From: the human T2T-CHM13v2.0 reference genome, Homo sapiens
Assembly: GCF_009914755.1 (NCBI RefSeq)
Contig: NC_060928.1
DNA length: 64,000 nt
Reading direction: 5' to 3' (one strand)
Shown: positions 37,922-52,243 of the stretch, one piece after another
Layout: every line of letters begins with the position of its first letter
Numbering within the stretch: position 1 is the stretch's first letter
Notes under the pieces: generated by a model
Told to the model about the DNA's origin: nothing
The model's input: the letters and a program-made list of their open reading frames with translations, nothing else
The model's database searches: none
Program-made: the position numbers and the translations under genes

Positions 37922-40900
37922 TTATTGTTTCTATTTGATTCTTCTATCTTTTCTTCTTTATTAGTCTGGCTAGTGGTCTATCTGTTAATCTTTTCAAAAC
38001 ACCAGTTCCTGGATTAACTGATTTTTTGAAGAGTTTTCCATGTCTCTATCTACTTCAGTTCTGCTCTGATCTTAGTTATTTCTTGTCTTCTGCTAGCTTT
38101 TGAATTTATTTGCTCTTGCTTCTCTAGTTCCTTTCATTGTGATGTCAGGGTATCGATTTTAGATCTTTCCCACTTTCTCCTGTGGGCATTTAGTGCTATC
38201 AGTTTCCCTCTAAACACTGCTTTAGCTGTGTCCCAGAGATTCTGGTACATTGTTTCTTTGTTCTCATTGGTTTCAAAGAATTTATTTATTTCTGCCTTAA
38301 TTTCGTTATTTACCCAGTAGTCATTCAGGAGCAGGTTGTTCAGTTTCCATGTAGTTGTGCAGTTTTGAGTGAGTTTCTTAATCCTGAGTTCTAATTTGAT
38401 TGCAGTCTGAGAGACTGCTATGATATCCATTTTTTGCATTTGCTGAGGAGTGTTTTACTTCCAATTATGTGGTCAGTTTTAGAATAAGTGCGATGTAGTG
38501 CTGAGAAGAATGTATATTCTGTTGATTTGGGGTGGAGAGTTCTGTAGATGTCTATTAGGTCTGCTTGGTCCAGAGCTGAGTTCAAGTCCTGAATATCCTT
38601 GTTAATTTTCTGTCTCGTTAATCTAATATTGACAGTGGGGTGTTAAAGTCTCCCACTATTATTGTGTGGGAGTCTAAGTCTCTTTGTAGTCTCTAAGAAC
38701 TTACTTTATGACTCTCGGTGCTCCCGTATTGGGTGCATATATATTTAGGTTAGCTTTGTGTTGCATTGATCCCTTTACCATTATGTAATGGCCTTCTTTG
38801 TCTTTTTTTGATCTTTGTTGGCTTAAAGTCTGTTTTATCAGACACTAGGATTGCAATCCCTGCTTTTTTTTTGCTTTCCATTTTCTTGGTAAATCTTCCT
38901 CCATCCCTTTATTTTGAGCCTATGTGTGTCTTTGCAAATGAGATGGGTCTCCTGAATACAGCACACTGATGGGTCTTGACTCTTTATCCAATTTGCCAGT
39001 CTGTGTCTTTTAATTGGGGCATATAGCCCATTTACATTTAAAGTTAATATTGTTATATGTGAATTTCTTACTGTCATTATGATGCTAGCTGATTATTTTG
39101 CCCATTAGTTGATGCAGTTTCTTCATAGTGTCAATGGTCTTTACAATTTGGCATGTTTTTGCAGTGGCTGGTACTGGTTTTCCCTTTCCATATTTAGGGC
39201 CTCCTTCAGGAACTCTTGTAAGGCAAGCCTGGTAGTGTCAAAATCTCAGCATTTGCTTGTCTATCAAGGATTTATTTCTCTTTGCTTATGAAGCTTAGTT
39301 TGGCTGGATATGAAATTCTGGGTTGAAAATTCTTTTGTTTAAGAATGTTGAATATTGGCCTCCACTCTCTTCTGGCTCGCAGGGTTTCTGCAGAGTGATC
39401 TGCTGTTAGTCTGATGGGCTTCCCTTTGTGGGTAACCTGACCTTTCTTTCTGGCTGCCCTTAACGTTTTTTCCTTCATTTTAACCTTGTTGAATCTGATA
39501 ATTATGTGTCTTGGGGTTGATCTTCTCGAGGAGTATCTTTGTGGTGTTCTCTGTATTTCCTGAATTTGAATGTTGGCATGTCTTGCTAGGTTGGGGAAGT
39601 TCTCCTGGATAATATCCTAAAGAGTGTCTTCCAACTTGATTCCATTCTCCCCGTCACTTTCAGGTACACCAATCAAACATAGGTTTGGTCTTTTCACATA
39701 GTCCCATATTTTTGGAGGCTTTCTTCGTTCCTTTCCATTCTTTTTTCTCTAATCTTGTCTTCACACTTTATTTCACTAAGCTAATCTTCAATCTCTGATA
39801 TCCTTTCTTCCACTTGATCAATTCAGCTATTGATACTTGTGTATGCTTCACAAAGTTCTTGTGCTGTGTTTTTCAGCTCTATCAGGTCATTTAAACTGGT
39901 TATTCCAGTTAGCAATTCCTCTAACCCTTTTTCAAGGTTCTTAGCTTCCTTGCATTGGGTTACAGCATGCTCCTTTAGCTCGGAGGAGTTTACTATTGCC
40001 CACCTTCTGAAACCTACTTCTGGTCAATTCGTCAAACTCATTCTCTGTCCAGTTTTGTTCCCTTGCTGGCAAGGAGTTGTGATCCTTTAAAGAAGAGGCA
40101 TTCTGGTTTCTGGAATTTTCAGCCTTTTTGAGCTGATTTTTCCTCATCTTCGTGGATTTATCTACCTTTGATCTTTCATGTTGGTGACCTTTAAATAGAG
40201 TTTTTGAGGGGATGTCCTTTTTGTTGATGTTGATGGTATTCTTTTCTGTTCCTTAGTTTTCCTTCTAACAGTCAGGCCCCTCTGCTGCAGGTCTGCTGGA
40301 GTTTGCTAGAGGTCCATTCCCAACCCTGTTTGCCCTAGTATCACCAGCGGAGGCTGCAGAACAGCAAAGATTGCTGCCTGTTCCTTCTTCTGGAAGCTTC
40401 GTCCCAGAGGGGCACCTGCTAGATGCCAGCTGGAGCTCTCCTGTATGATTTGTCTGTTGACCCCTGCTAGGAGATGTCTCCCAGTTAGGAGGCATGGGTG
40501 TCAAGGACCCACTTGAGGAGGCAGTCTGTCCCTTAGCAGAGCTCAAGCACTGTGCTGGGAGATCTGCTGCTCTCTTCACAGTCAGCAGGGAAGAACGCTT
40601 AAGTCTGCTGAAGTTGCGCCCACAGCCGCCCCTTCCCCCAGGTGTTCTGTGCAAGGAAGATGGGAGTTTCATCTATAAGCCCCTGACTAGGGCTGCTGCC
40701 TTTCTTTCAGAGATACCCTGCCCAAGAAATTTCATTCTTTTTGTTCAGTGAAGCCAAATATATTTGGGGAAAAACTTCAGACTCACATCTCATCAGAAAA
40801 GTATTCCATTTACCAACTTAACACCTCTGCGTAGCACTTCACAGTAATGTCTAAGTCCATGGCCCACTCAGGGAGACACAATTGTGTAAGTATTCAGAAA

Positions 40901-41199
40901 CAAGGCAAGATTAGTACCTCAGGAGCCGTTAGCATTTCCAAAAGCATTATACAAATTGTTCCTATGTGAGACATTTATTTGTAAAAAGGAAACTAGTAAT
41001 TAATTCAGTCATTTCAACTGCACAATTGTTTCAGGTAATATTGATGTCATAAAATCCTTTAGCCAAGAAACAAACTGTTAAGTGACTATGGAAAGTTCCA
41101 ATAATCAAGAAAGGAAAGATGTCTAACTCCTATAAAATCCAGTGACTCTATGTATGAAATGAAAGTAAGCAAAATTTTTCAACTAAAACCTCAGCTTTT

Positions 41200-41493
41200 T
41201 TTTTTTTTTTTTTGAGACGGAGTCTCACTCTGTTGCCCAGGCTGGAGTGCAGTGGCGCAATCTGGGCTCCTGCAAGCTCTGCCTCCTGGGTTCACGCCAT
41301 TCTCCTGCCTCAGCCTCCCGAGTAGCTGGGACTACAGGCGCCCGCCACCAAGCCCAGCTAATTTATTGTATTTTTAGTAGAGACGGGGTTTCACTGTGTT
41401 AGCCAGGATGGTCTTGATCTCCTGACCTCGTGATCTGCCCGCCTCGGTCTCCCAAAGTGCTAGGATTACAGGCATGAGCCACCGTGCCCGGCC
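41200..41493 (-). mobile_element. AluY
   Basis: Y diagnostics; TSD AAACCTCAGCTTTT at 41186-41199 and 41494-41507. Confidence 0.95.
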
Positions 41494-41682
41494 AAACCTC
41501 AGCTTTTACCTAAATGATATAGCCACATTCTGTGAAGTTCAATGAAAACTTACACATACTGTAATTATTCATCCTTAAAATTGCCTTTCATTGAGCAAAA
41601 CTAATTCTTTATTTCATTCCTTTTATAATTTTTGACAAGGTCAAATACTAAAGTTCAGTGTTACCATTAAGAGAGAAAGCAC

Positions 41683-41992
<310 letters not shown>

Positions 41993-43660
41993 AGAGAGAA
42001 AGTATAAAATACTCATCTTTACCACTTGGATATATCTCCAAATATCCAAATATTTTATATTATCTCCATGCTACAGTAATATTAATTAATGTGTAAGGTA
42101 ATTGTGCAAATTGAAGCCTATTTCTTTCTAATTTAAATGTGTAAATCAAAATTAATGTGAACTTAATTTCTGTAACTTAATATAAACAATCAAATAAATT
42201 CTTCATTAACATTTTGAAATACTAGTATCAAAAGAAATATTCATCTTGCTGTAAATTCAGTTTGGAATGACTTTTTAAACGGTTTTGAGGATTTTTTTAA
42301 AATCAGAATTAGAATAACCATGATTAAGAAGTAACTGTTAAGTAAAAATGTATTTTCTAACATTTTGAGACGCTCTCATTAAGTACTAACACCCCTCATA
42401 ATTACTATTTAATAAGAAAAGTCTATTTACATCTTATTTGCAATTTCCACTTCACTTAGATGGTTCAGAATCATAAAAGCATCCTGGAGAAAGATTTAAA
42501 AATCATTATATGACAATGTTTAATAGAAAGTGATGGCTTAAATGTTACAATATGTTTCTTGAATATCTTCACATTAAATAGTAATTGAACAAAAAGCCCC
42601 CTGGTTCTGCTTAAGGGCAAGTCCCACAAAGCTCTTCATTATTGGAATTTCCAACTTGGAAGCCAAACTAAATAATAAGGAGTAATTTGCCAATTAGAAC
42701 TTCCTGCTCTTTTCTCTTTATTCTTTAAACACCATTCAGGGGCTGAAATGGTCAAACACTTTTAGCTTCAAAACAGCAACTGAAAGGATTTAATTTGTGT
42801 CTCTCCAAGGTGAACCTGTCAAGAGGCAGTGGTGATGCATTCCATGTCCCCCAGCAGCAATTTCCCTTAAAGAGAAGTGTGTTTCCACTCTTGCAGAATA
42901 TGAAGTTTCCTTTCCTCATTTCCCATTATTTATTTCAATTAATGACCTCCAAATTTTACACTTGGATAACTACTGGGCTTAAGAATGTTGCGTCAGTGTG
43001 TTCCTGGATTCTGCAAACATCTTCGGACCAAATCTGTGTATGTGTGTGTACACACAGTGGAAATAAACATTTCATAGCTACCTGACACAAAGTGGAACGA
43101 GGACCATCAAAACCGTGTAAAACCCAAAAAAAACAAAACTGTGTGGACCTAGGGAGGATCAAAGTATTCTCTATGAGAGGAGGCTTTGGCAAGAGAAGGG
43201 GTAAAATCACCAGCAGTTAAAGACCGTTGGCAACATTTGCATTTCTCACCTGTATTTCCCTAATTGTAACCTGAGTTTGCTTCTCAGCTTGTTATTCAAT
43301 TTAAAATTCCCAATGATTAACACAATTTAAATGCAGGCTTCTAAATTGCAAACACATTTACAGATTAACACTAAATCAGTGAAATCTGTTCCTCCCTTCT
43401 AACCCAAGGAAACAGGAAAGAGTCTCTGGGCTTCCCCATCAACCACCCACCAGCACTAAAAAAGGAGGCTTCACTTTGCTCACCATGAGCCTGTGCACAA
43501 CCCTAAGGGAATCGCTCACTCCTCTGAACCCTAGGACAGAAGAATTAGTTAAGGAGAAACTGCTTTTCAAATATTTACTTTCAAAAAGTATTTGTAATCA
43601 GGTTTTTTAAAAATTCATTTTATTCTGGGTCTATACTGATAATCCATTGAAAATGTATTA

Positions 43661-43961
<301 letters not shown>

Positions 43962-44559
43962 GTATTGGAGTATTTCTATTTACATATTTAAAAATGAGAA
44001 TGTATTGCCTGTATGAATGGAGTGCTTATAAGGTCAGCCAGGTTGAGAGAATACATTGTTTTTACCATAGGAGATAGCAGAAGGTCAGGATCGCTGAGCT
44101 AAGAGTTCAGGAGAGAATAGTCCCTTTTAGACTGGTTGTTAGGGTAGGGTTCCCTCACTTTCTACACAGTTTTAAAAGGGCCCAGGGAGTGAAAATTAAA
44201 GTGAAAATAAATACTACACAGAGAAAGTACCAATAAGTATAAAGAACTTGAATTTCATTACTATTGTCTCTTTTTGTTCAGTGAGAATGTTTCAGTTCAA
44301 ATAATTAGATCAACAGAAATTTATAGTCATAGCATCTAGAACTTTGGCAAATCTTAGTGACTAACTCTTAAACACTTGCCACACAACTTTCCAGATATAA
44401 AAAAATTGACATAAAATGAGATTTAATAACAATATTTTAAAAATAGGAACAGATGTCAATTTTACTTACACATAGTTTGCAATGAATTCCAAGGGTTACC
44501 TAACATGCACAAAGAATATATTGCCTGTTCTTACCTTTACAAAGGAACCTCAAGTCAAT

Positions 44560-45310
44560 TTGTCCAAAACAAATATTCATTCTACCATCCCACCAGGTAC
44601 CCAAATTAGAAACTGGAAACGCTCCCGTGGATGCCTGCTCATCCGTCACCACGTTTAGTCTCCTGAGTCTGTTTCCTGGTCTCCCTTCACACTGCCCTGC
44701 TCTATTCCAGGAGCTGATCACCTATCTCACTGCCACTAGTCTTGCTCAATTCCAATCCATCCTCCATACTGTTGCAATAATTCTATTTCTCATTTACAAT
44801 TTTGACCCTGTCACTCTCTTGCTTTTCATGCTCTGGTGGCTCCTTATCGCCACCCTTCAGATGTTTCCATGGCCTTTCCCACTCTGGCTTTAACCTCCGG
44901 CCAGTTTCCCCTGCTGCCCCTCCTCCAGCCAGGTCTAACTGTGTAGCTGCCCAGCCTTCTCACCTTTCTCCAAATGTTCCTTCTCCATAGCTTGGCTAGT
45001 GCTTCTCACTGTTTTTGGAATCTTCTTCCTACCCACTTCCCTTCTCTTCTTTCTCCTCTCTCTATCTTGCAAATTTTCACACATCTTCCCTTCTTCCCTT
45101 TGAAGTCTTTCTTCAAAAACACAAGATAAGTCAACTGCTCTTCCACAAGTTTATCATCACAACATCCTTCAATTGTATTATCATACATGTCTCTTCCAGA
45201 TATCCCTAATCTCAACTTTCACATACACCCGTAAATTATGAGCTGTATGTTGATTTTTGTAGCCTTATTTTCCAACAAAGCGTTTGTATTACAAGTAAGT
45301 ACTCTATAAA
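44560..45310 (+). mobile_element. L2 fragment
   Basis: CAATCCATCCTCCATACTGTTGC...GTAAGTACTCTATAAACATTTG 3' end. Confidence 0.6.
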
Positions 45311-45518
45311 CATTTGTGGAGTCAAATCACTTTGCAATGAATTTGCGATTGCCAATGGACAATGACCATGAGTTATTTCGGAAACGGTTTCCTATTGGAT
45401 CATTTGTCATGATTAAAGAAAAGTTGAAAAATATTAAATCATTTAATAACATTAAATTTCAGCAATTAAATATTGAAATATATAAAAACTACACTATTCT
45501 TCGACGTTCACCAATGAA

Positions 45519-45560
45519 TTTTTTTTTAAGATGGGGGTCTTACTGTGTTGCCCAGGCTGG
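45519..45560 (-). mobile_element. Alu/FLAM fragment
   Basis: T-tail plus AGATGGGGGTCTTACTGTGTTGCCCAGGCTGG. Confidence 0.75.
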
Positions 45561-46057
45561 TTGGCATCAGTGAATATTTATTGAGCCTACTCAAATACAT
45601 AACAGTGCTGTGTACTGAGGTGATTTTAAATAATAAAATATAACCTCTGCCCATGGGAATTTACAATCTAAAAATTTATGGCATCGGCTGCAGCCATAAG
45701 GATAATATATGTTATGTCACTGAGATGCGAGGTTGCGACATGTAAACGAGTCTACAAAACACAACAAATCAGACATCTCTATGGATGCTGAGTTGTGGTT
45801 ACAGTGAAATATCTGGCACAGTGCTACTTGTATTTTATTTGCAGCTTCTTTCTTAAACAATTGGAATGTTTTAAATGGGTATTTTAAAATATGTATATAT
45901 ATATTATAGATATGAAAAATGATGTGAAGCATAAATAGCTAGTTGTTCTACAGGATTAGATGAATGATAATGTAGACATATATAAATGATCCAGAGGCCA
46001 TTTCTAGGTTCACACCTAATTAAATTTTCTGGATTGGTAGTTTTTTGGAAATAATTT

Positions 46058-46232
46058 TATGTGTATGTATGTGTGTGTGTGTGTGTACCTGTGTGTATGT
46101 ATGTGTATGTATGTGTGTATGTGTGTGTGTGTGTGTGTGTATGTATCTGTGTGTATGTGTATGTATGTGTGTATGTGTGAGTATGTATGCAGTGTGTATG
46201 TGTGTTTGTATGTCTGTATGTGTGTGTGTGTG
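46058..46232 (+). repeat. Compound (TG)n/(TATG)n microsatellite
   Basis: Read directly; source of the CV- and HT-rich ORFs. Confidence 0.95.
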
Positions 46233-48706
46233 AACATGTGATAGTCTGTATTGTCTCTAACTTATCTAACCTACTGTGAACAAACTGGTTGCTATTATTT
46301 TGAGACACAGAAAACAAATCAAATAGGCCATCAAATACTATGAATGATCACAGTCTGATCTCTTTTTCTATGATTTCTCTAAAAGCTGTCTAGCCCCAGT
46401 GTGATTCTTAAAAGGAGAATCTATTAGGTTTCTTAAGTTTCTAAGGTCGTTGGCAGTTCTCTCCTGTCTAGTTAATCAGGTAATGCCTCCTAAGGGTACT
46501 TCTGAGATGAGTGAAAACTGGGGTCATAATTTCTAAACTGTCAAGAAAATGGGAATTTATACATTGGATAAACCCCAGGGATGTTGCATAGCAAGAACTT
46601 TTATTTTAGTCTGGAGGTAAAAAGGCAAAATGTGGTGCCGAGATGTGGTGAAAAGTTTCTTGCAGCTATCTAATTTATTTTAACAGTGTGTTTCAAAAAT
46701 AATTATCATTAATATAATCAGCAGAATATAAGATAGGAAAACTGTATGTAGAATTAAAGTGGGAAAAACAACTTTTTCTATGAGAATTAAACTTGACACT
46801 GGGACGTTTATGTCTAATGACAAATTTCAATGCTGGAAAATATTATATACACATTTATATTTTTTACAATTTTGCCATCAGGACAATAATTTTAGATGTC
46901 AAGATGATGTGTACACCAAATTATCACTGAATTTCATTTTAAAGAACCTGTTTACTCTTGAGATTATATTCCTTCATTTAAACTTTTAAAAAATAGATTA
47001 TGTTCTCAATTCATTTCTTAACTTAGTATTTCCAAACTAATTAAGCTCTGCAAATGCAGGAGTAAATAATTACTACTGTATCTGTTTACATTTCTGTTTA
47101 CCGGACTTTTATTTTGGTTAGTTGAAAATTAATTAGTTATAACCTGCAAAAAAGAGAAATTTGAGATGTTTTTAAAAGGTCTTCAACTGCGTAAAAGTAA
47201 ATTCTAAAAATGCCACAGATATTAATGGTATTTATCACTTAGTAAAAAACAGTATATACATTGTGAATATATAAAATGCACCTAAATTGCATGCTTTAAA
47301 ATGATTAATTTTATCTTATATGAATTTCCCCTCAAAAAAATGTATGGATGCTAAAAGAGACTGTTTCTATCCTGCTGCAAGTTACCTATAGATTAGCAAA
47401 TGTTCCAATGTATGATGTCTTCCTAACTGGAGAACCTCCTCAGACTGCTGACCATTTGGTATCTCTTCTAAGACACACTAGACTTAGCATTCTCTTAACT
47501 CTCCCATAGTGATGTAATGGCATTAATCACAAAATAAGCACAGAACCTTATGACTATTCAATTTTCAGCATTAGTGTTTTATTAAAATTCCATGGGAGAA
47601 AAATGATCTATGTAAGGCATATATAATGCCAGTAACCTTATTTTTAAAAAAAATTCTTGATTTTCCTGAAAAACAAAATTTAAAGTCCAGTAGCAGCATT
47701 AAAAATTCTTTACTTTGTATCAACTGGTTATGGGAATCCCTCCAAGCTGTCCCTAGGAATCCTAGAAATATTGAAAGTAAAATTTCACACTGTCGGTACA
47801 TACAAATCACCACTTTCTGACTTTTCAATTCTTCCAAAGCTGGCTATAAAAACAGTCTTCCATGCTGACTCTAAAAATAAAGGCTTCCATGTTTCTAAAG
47901 ATTCTCTGAATATATGACCAACCTTTATCTGATCTGATTGCATCAGGCAATATAGGCCAAGAATAAAGAAATTGTTACTAACCAGTGAATAAAGCTAACT
48001 TAGCTTTCATAAAAAGGTATACATTACAATGAATCGTCTGTGCTTAGAGTTTTAAGCTGATTGCTAAACTTCTACTTAATTGGATGCCTGACTGGAGGTC
48101 AAGATCTAGTCCAATATTTCCTAATGATGTTCCTAGATGAAATGTATGTGTTTAGAAGTACAACTTCAATTCTTCAGATTATATGAACAGTTAATTTTCA
48201 ACAGAAAGCATGACTTTTTAATAAAAAAAAAAAAAAGTGGCATTTACCTTACACTAAAAGGGGAAGACAGACTCTTACTTTCAAGTGTATGTATTACGGA
48301 AAAAACAATCTCAATAATGAACCCCAAAGAAGATAAATAATCCTTAATATTTATTGTGATAAAATATCAATGGGACAAAATTTAACTTAGCAGAATACAG
48401 TAAGTGGAGTTCAAAAATTATACTTGAATTCTGATGGGTTTACATTACACAAACTCATTAGCATATATTTAATTATAGCTGCCTAAGCAAAATTCGGAAA
48501 TAGCACCTAAGAGAAAGAAGGTACCCTACACTGTAAAGTATATAGAGCTATTCTGCACATTTTTCCCTAAAAATTATTCTCCCCTGATAATATTAAAAAT
48601 ACCAGTATTTCCACATTAGTGGTATTATACATTTAATTGTCATATAGTGAAGCAAAAGTTTACTTTAAATGGTACCTAATTATGGCATTTAAAAAACAAA
48701 ACAAAT

Positions 48707-49195
48707 AGCATTATTCACAAAAGCCAAAAGCTGAAAGCAACCTAAACACCCATGGATGAATCAACAGAAAAACCAAATGTGGTATATACGTACAATGGAA
48801 TGTAATTTGGCCTTAAAAAGGAAGGAATTTCTGACACATACTACAACACAGATGAAACTTAAAGACATACGGCTAAGTAAAATAAGCCAATCACAAAAAG
48901 ACAAATATTGTATGATTCAATTTATATGAGGTACCTACAGTAGTAAAATTCATACAGACAGAAAGTAGAATGGTGGTTGCCAGGGGCAGGGAAAGGAATC
49001 GGGGGAGTACTGAGGGGTGGAAAATGGCGTTTAATGGGTACAGAGATTCAGCTGGGGAAGACGCAAAAATTCTGGAGATGGATGATGGTGATGGTTGCAT
49101 GACAACCTGAATGTACCGCAAAACTATACATTTAAGTGGTTAAAGAGATATATGTTATATATCATGTATTAATATATTATACCACAATTTTAAAG
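48707..49195 (+). mobile_element. L1MB (MB3-like) 3' end
   Basis: GCATTATTCACAAAAGCCAAAAG...CACAAAAAGACAAATATTGTATGATTC...GGAGATGGATGATGGTGATGGTTGCA. Confidence 0.85.
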
Positions 49196-49218
49196 ATTTA
49201 AATTACTTTTAAGTGCTA

Positions 49219-49525
<307 letters not shown>

Positions 49526-49914
49526 GTACTCTGTATGTGCTTTTTTAATAACCAAAAAAGAAAGGAAAAAGAAGAGTAACAGCACTTGCACAGCTAGGTG
49601 CTAAACCAAAGGGAAATATTTCACAAGAGGGCTCTATTCCTTTTCATGATAATGCTGACGCCTCCAAAGAAGAGCCACATATTTTACCACTCATCTTCTC
49701 AATGAAACTTAGTGTCACCAACAACAACAAACGCCTTGATCGATTTTTGTGAAGATACATAATATTTGAATATACTAGAAAAGGGAGTTGGTACTGGTTC
49801 TGTAGAATTTATACATATTTATTTTTATCAACCAGTGATTACTCAACTAACACTGACTTTTATATGCTCAACATGGTTATGAGTTCTAGGGAACTTACCA
49901 AAAAATAAGATTTT

Positions 49915-50110
49915 TTATTAAGTGTCTTATTGTGTACCAAACACCACATATACTTTAGTTCAATTGCTGTATACTACAATCCCATAAGGTCAGTGTTACG
50001 CCCCTTTTCAGATGAGGAAGCTGAAGCTCCAGGACTAAGCAGCTTGCTGAGCAGCACACAGGGTTTGAGGGGGGTCTGCCTGACTGTACTACCAACACAT
50101 GACCCTTGTC
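49915..50110 (-). mobile_element. MIR
   Basis: CCCCTTTTCAGATGAGGAAGCTGAAGCTC core. Confidence 0.7.
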
Positions 50111-50225
50111 CCTGAGCAATTAGAAACCAATATACTTGAGCAAACAAAAGTTTAAAGTAGTAGCAACAAAATTAAAAAATAATCTATTTGCAAACTAGAA
50201 ATAATTCAGGGACTTTTGACTATTG

Positions 50226-50358
50226 CTTTTATAGTAAATCAAATCTAGGCTAAACATCCTTTATGATTATCATCTTTATGATAACTCAAATCTAGGTTAA
50301 ATATATTTTATGACTTTCATCTTTATAATCAATCAAATCTAGGTTAAATATATTTTAT
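50226..50358 (+). repeat. 47-bp minisatellite, ~2.8 copies
   Basis: TCAAATCTAGG recurs at 50239, 50286 and 50333. Confidence 0.9.
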
Positions 50359-50688
50359 ATTCTAAATAATGAGTAGCAATTAAAGGCTACCCAGGGAGAT
50401 GATGGAATTTCTATGTATTAGAATCTTTAAGAATACAGAACAGACAAAAACAACCATCTGTCTTCTACAGTTTATGTACAGTGTTATCCAAGGTCATTTC
50501 TTGAAGTCCTCTGCCACTCAGGAGCTGTCTTAAAATCTCTCTTTCTCACACACAAACACACACATGCACAAAAACAAACTTTAGTTATTTCCAAAGCTCA
50601 AGGGAGGAGTGGATCGCTGAGAAGGTGGGTCTGAAAAAGTTAGGGACTGCATGGTGTGACTGTTGGGTCAGGTCTGTGGGGCACATAC

Positions 50689-50770
50689 AGACTTGAAGAT
50701 GTTGGCAGGACAGTTGTTCCTCTCCATAGCTGAGGCAGCTGCCTCATCAGCAAGAATATGAAGACACCGC
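50689..50770 (-). other. Candidate 82-nt exon of the - strand transcript
   Basis: Branch-like ttctgac, acceptor cgtgttag|GCGG, donor TCT|gtatgt; frame RCLHILADEAAASAMERNNCPANIFKS with a Kozak-context ATG (GCTATGG) at 50727. Confidence 0.45.
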
Positions 50771-52162
50771 CTAACACGAGTGAGTCAGAAAACATTCACA
50801 ATCATCATCAATAAGCTTATGCAAATAAGAAATTGAAATCCTTGGTGGAAAACGAAAAAACATCTTCCCCAAGGAATTAAAATCCCATGCATGTCAGCTG
50901 AAGCAAATAATATGAAAGAAAGTCTTTCTCTTCTTTTAATTTAACTTCCCAACTCCTGAGATTTCAATCCGAAGCAATCCTTTCTATAATTAAGATACAT
51001 TGTCTTCTTTCCTTAGTGGACAAGGGAGAAGGGCTTGGCAAATATATCTTTAGCTATTATAGCAAGGGGGAAAATGATCATATTACACCCTCCCTAGCTT
51101 CCCTCCTTCCCATTTTCCCCTCCCATATATTTGGATCTTTCTGACTACAAAGGAAGCTCTGATATCACTTAAAGTATTTCAATGTAAGGCAGGGATGATG
51201 TTAATAGTGTTAAGTATATTCATAAGATTAAATATTCCCTTTTTAAGCAACTCTGGTCAAGGGAGCATAAAGCTAACCAAACTTTACAGCACTTGAGGAT
51301 AAGAGTTATTTGGCACTGTTGCTTCTACTATTCAGAAACAATTCCTCTCCTTCTTCTACAAGAACGCTACAGACCCAAGAAAGAGAAACAGACTTAAGTT
51401 GTCTGACCTCCTCTGTTATCCCCCAGGCTGTTGGGAAAAAGCAATACATACTTTGGTCTCCAATTTATCACTCCCACTTTTACAGTCATAAATTACTTCT
51501 TGGGCTTTAAAACAACAGGGTTTTTAAAGGACACCGTAAGGTACTTAAATTCCAGTAACTAAACTCAGATGTATGAGGCAATTTAAAATCTTTATAAAAG
51601 CTCCCTGTTTCAAAGCTACCCAAAATGGTATCCTAGAAAGCCTGTATAACAAAATGCTAGAGAGATAGGTTAAAAGTAACGCACTAAACATATCTCTTCA
51701 GAGGTCTTGCTACATAGAAAGTAATCAATGAATGAATGAATCTTAGATCATATCCTGTCATAGCTAATCAACTAATTTTTATTGCTATGATGTTCAAAAT
51801 AAATTATCACAGACTAATCTATCATGCATTATCTTCATCCACGGACCAACAGAGCAATTCAGATGTCCAAAGTTCCGTTTTGTTCACTCACATAGAATGA
51901 ATTTGGTTAAACCAGGCACCATTATGTAAGTAGGCCAGATATGATTCATAAACAAGAAAATTAGCCAATGCTTTTGGACAAACTGAATCATAGCAAACAA
52001 AAGGCAAAGCAAAGAGAACAAAGCAGAAGTAAGGTGCTTAAGGAAAAACCCTGTTTTTGGCACAGATCCATAAGAAAAACAAAAACTGTCTATTAGGTAC
52101 ACAGTCAGAGTAGGGCCATTTGTCAAAGGACTGTAGGAACAAACTCTAAGTGGCTGTCTTAC

Positions 52163-52243
52163 ATGTCTCAAGAGGCAGAACTGAGCTGATGCTGTCAACT
52201 GCCGGTGCTGTAGCTCCAACTGCAGGAGCTCTAATTTGACCTC
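52163..52243 (-). other. Candidate 81-nt exon
   Basis: ctaattgggattctttctcag|GAG acceptor with a CTAAT branch point; CAT|gtaaga donor; GC-richer than its flanks; two frames open. Confidence 0.35.

Noticed and set aside
46016-46317. Cys/Val- and His/Thr-rich ORFs (also at 33970-34468)
   Set aside because: Translations of (TG)n/(CA)n microsatellites.
50226-50358. CRISPR-like repeat/spacer array (also 60243-60583)
   Set aside because: Primate DNA; the intervening segments resemble each other, so these are plain tandem duplications; no cas genes.
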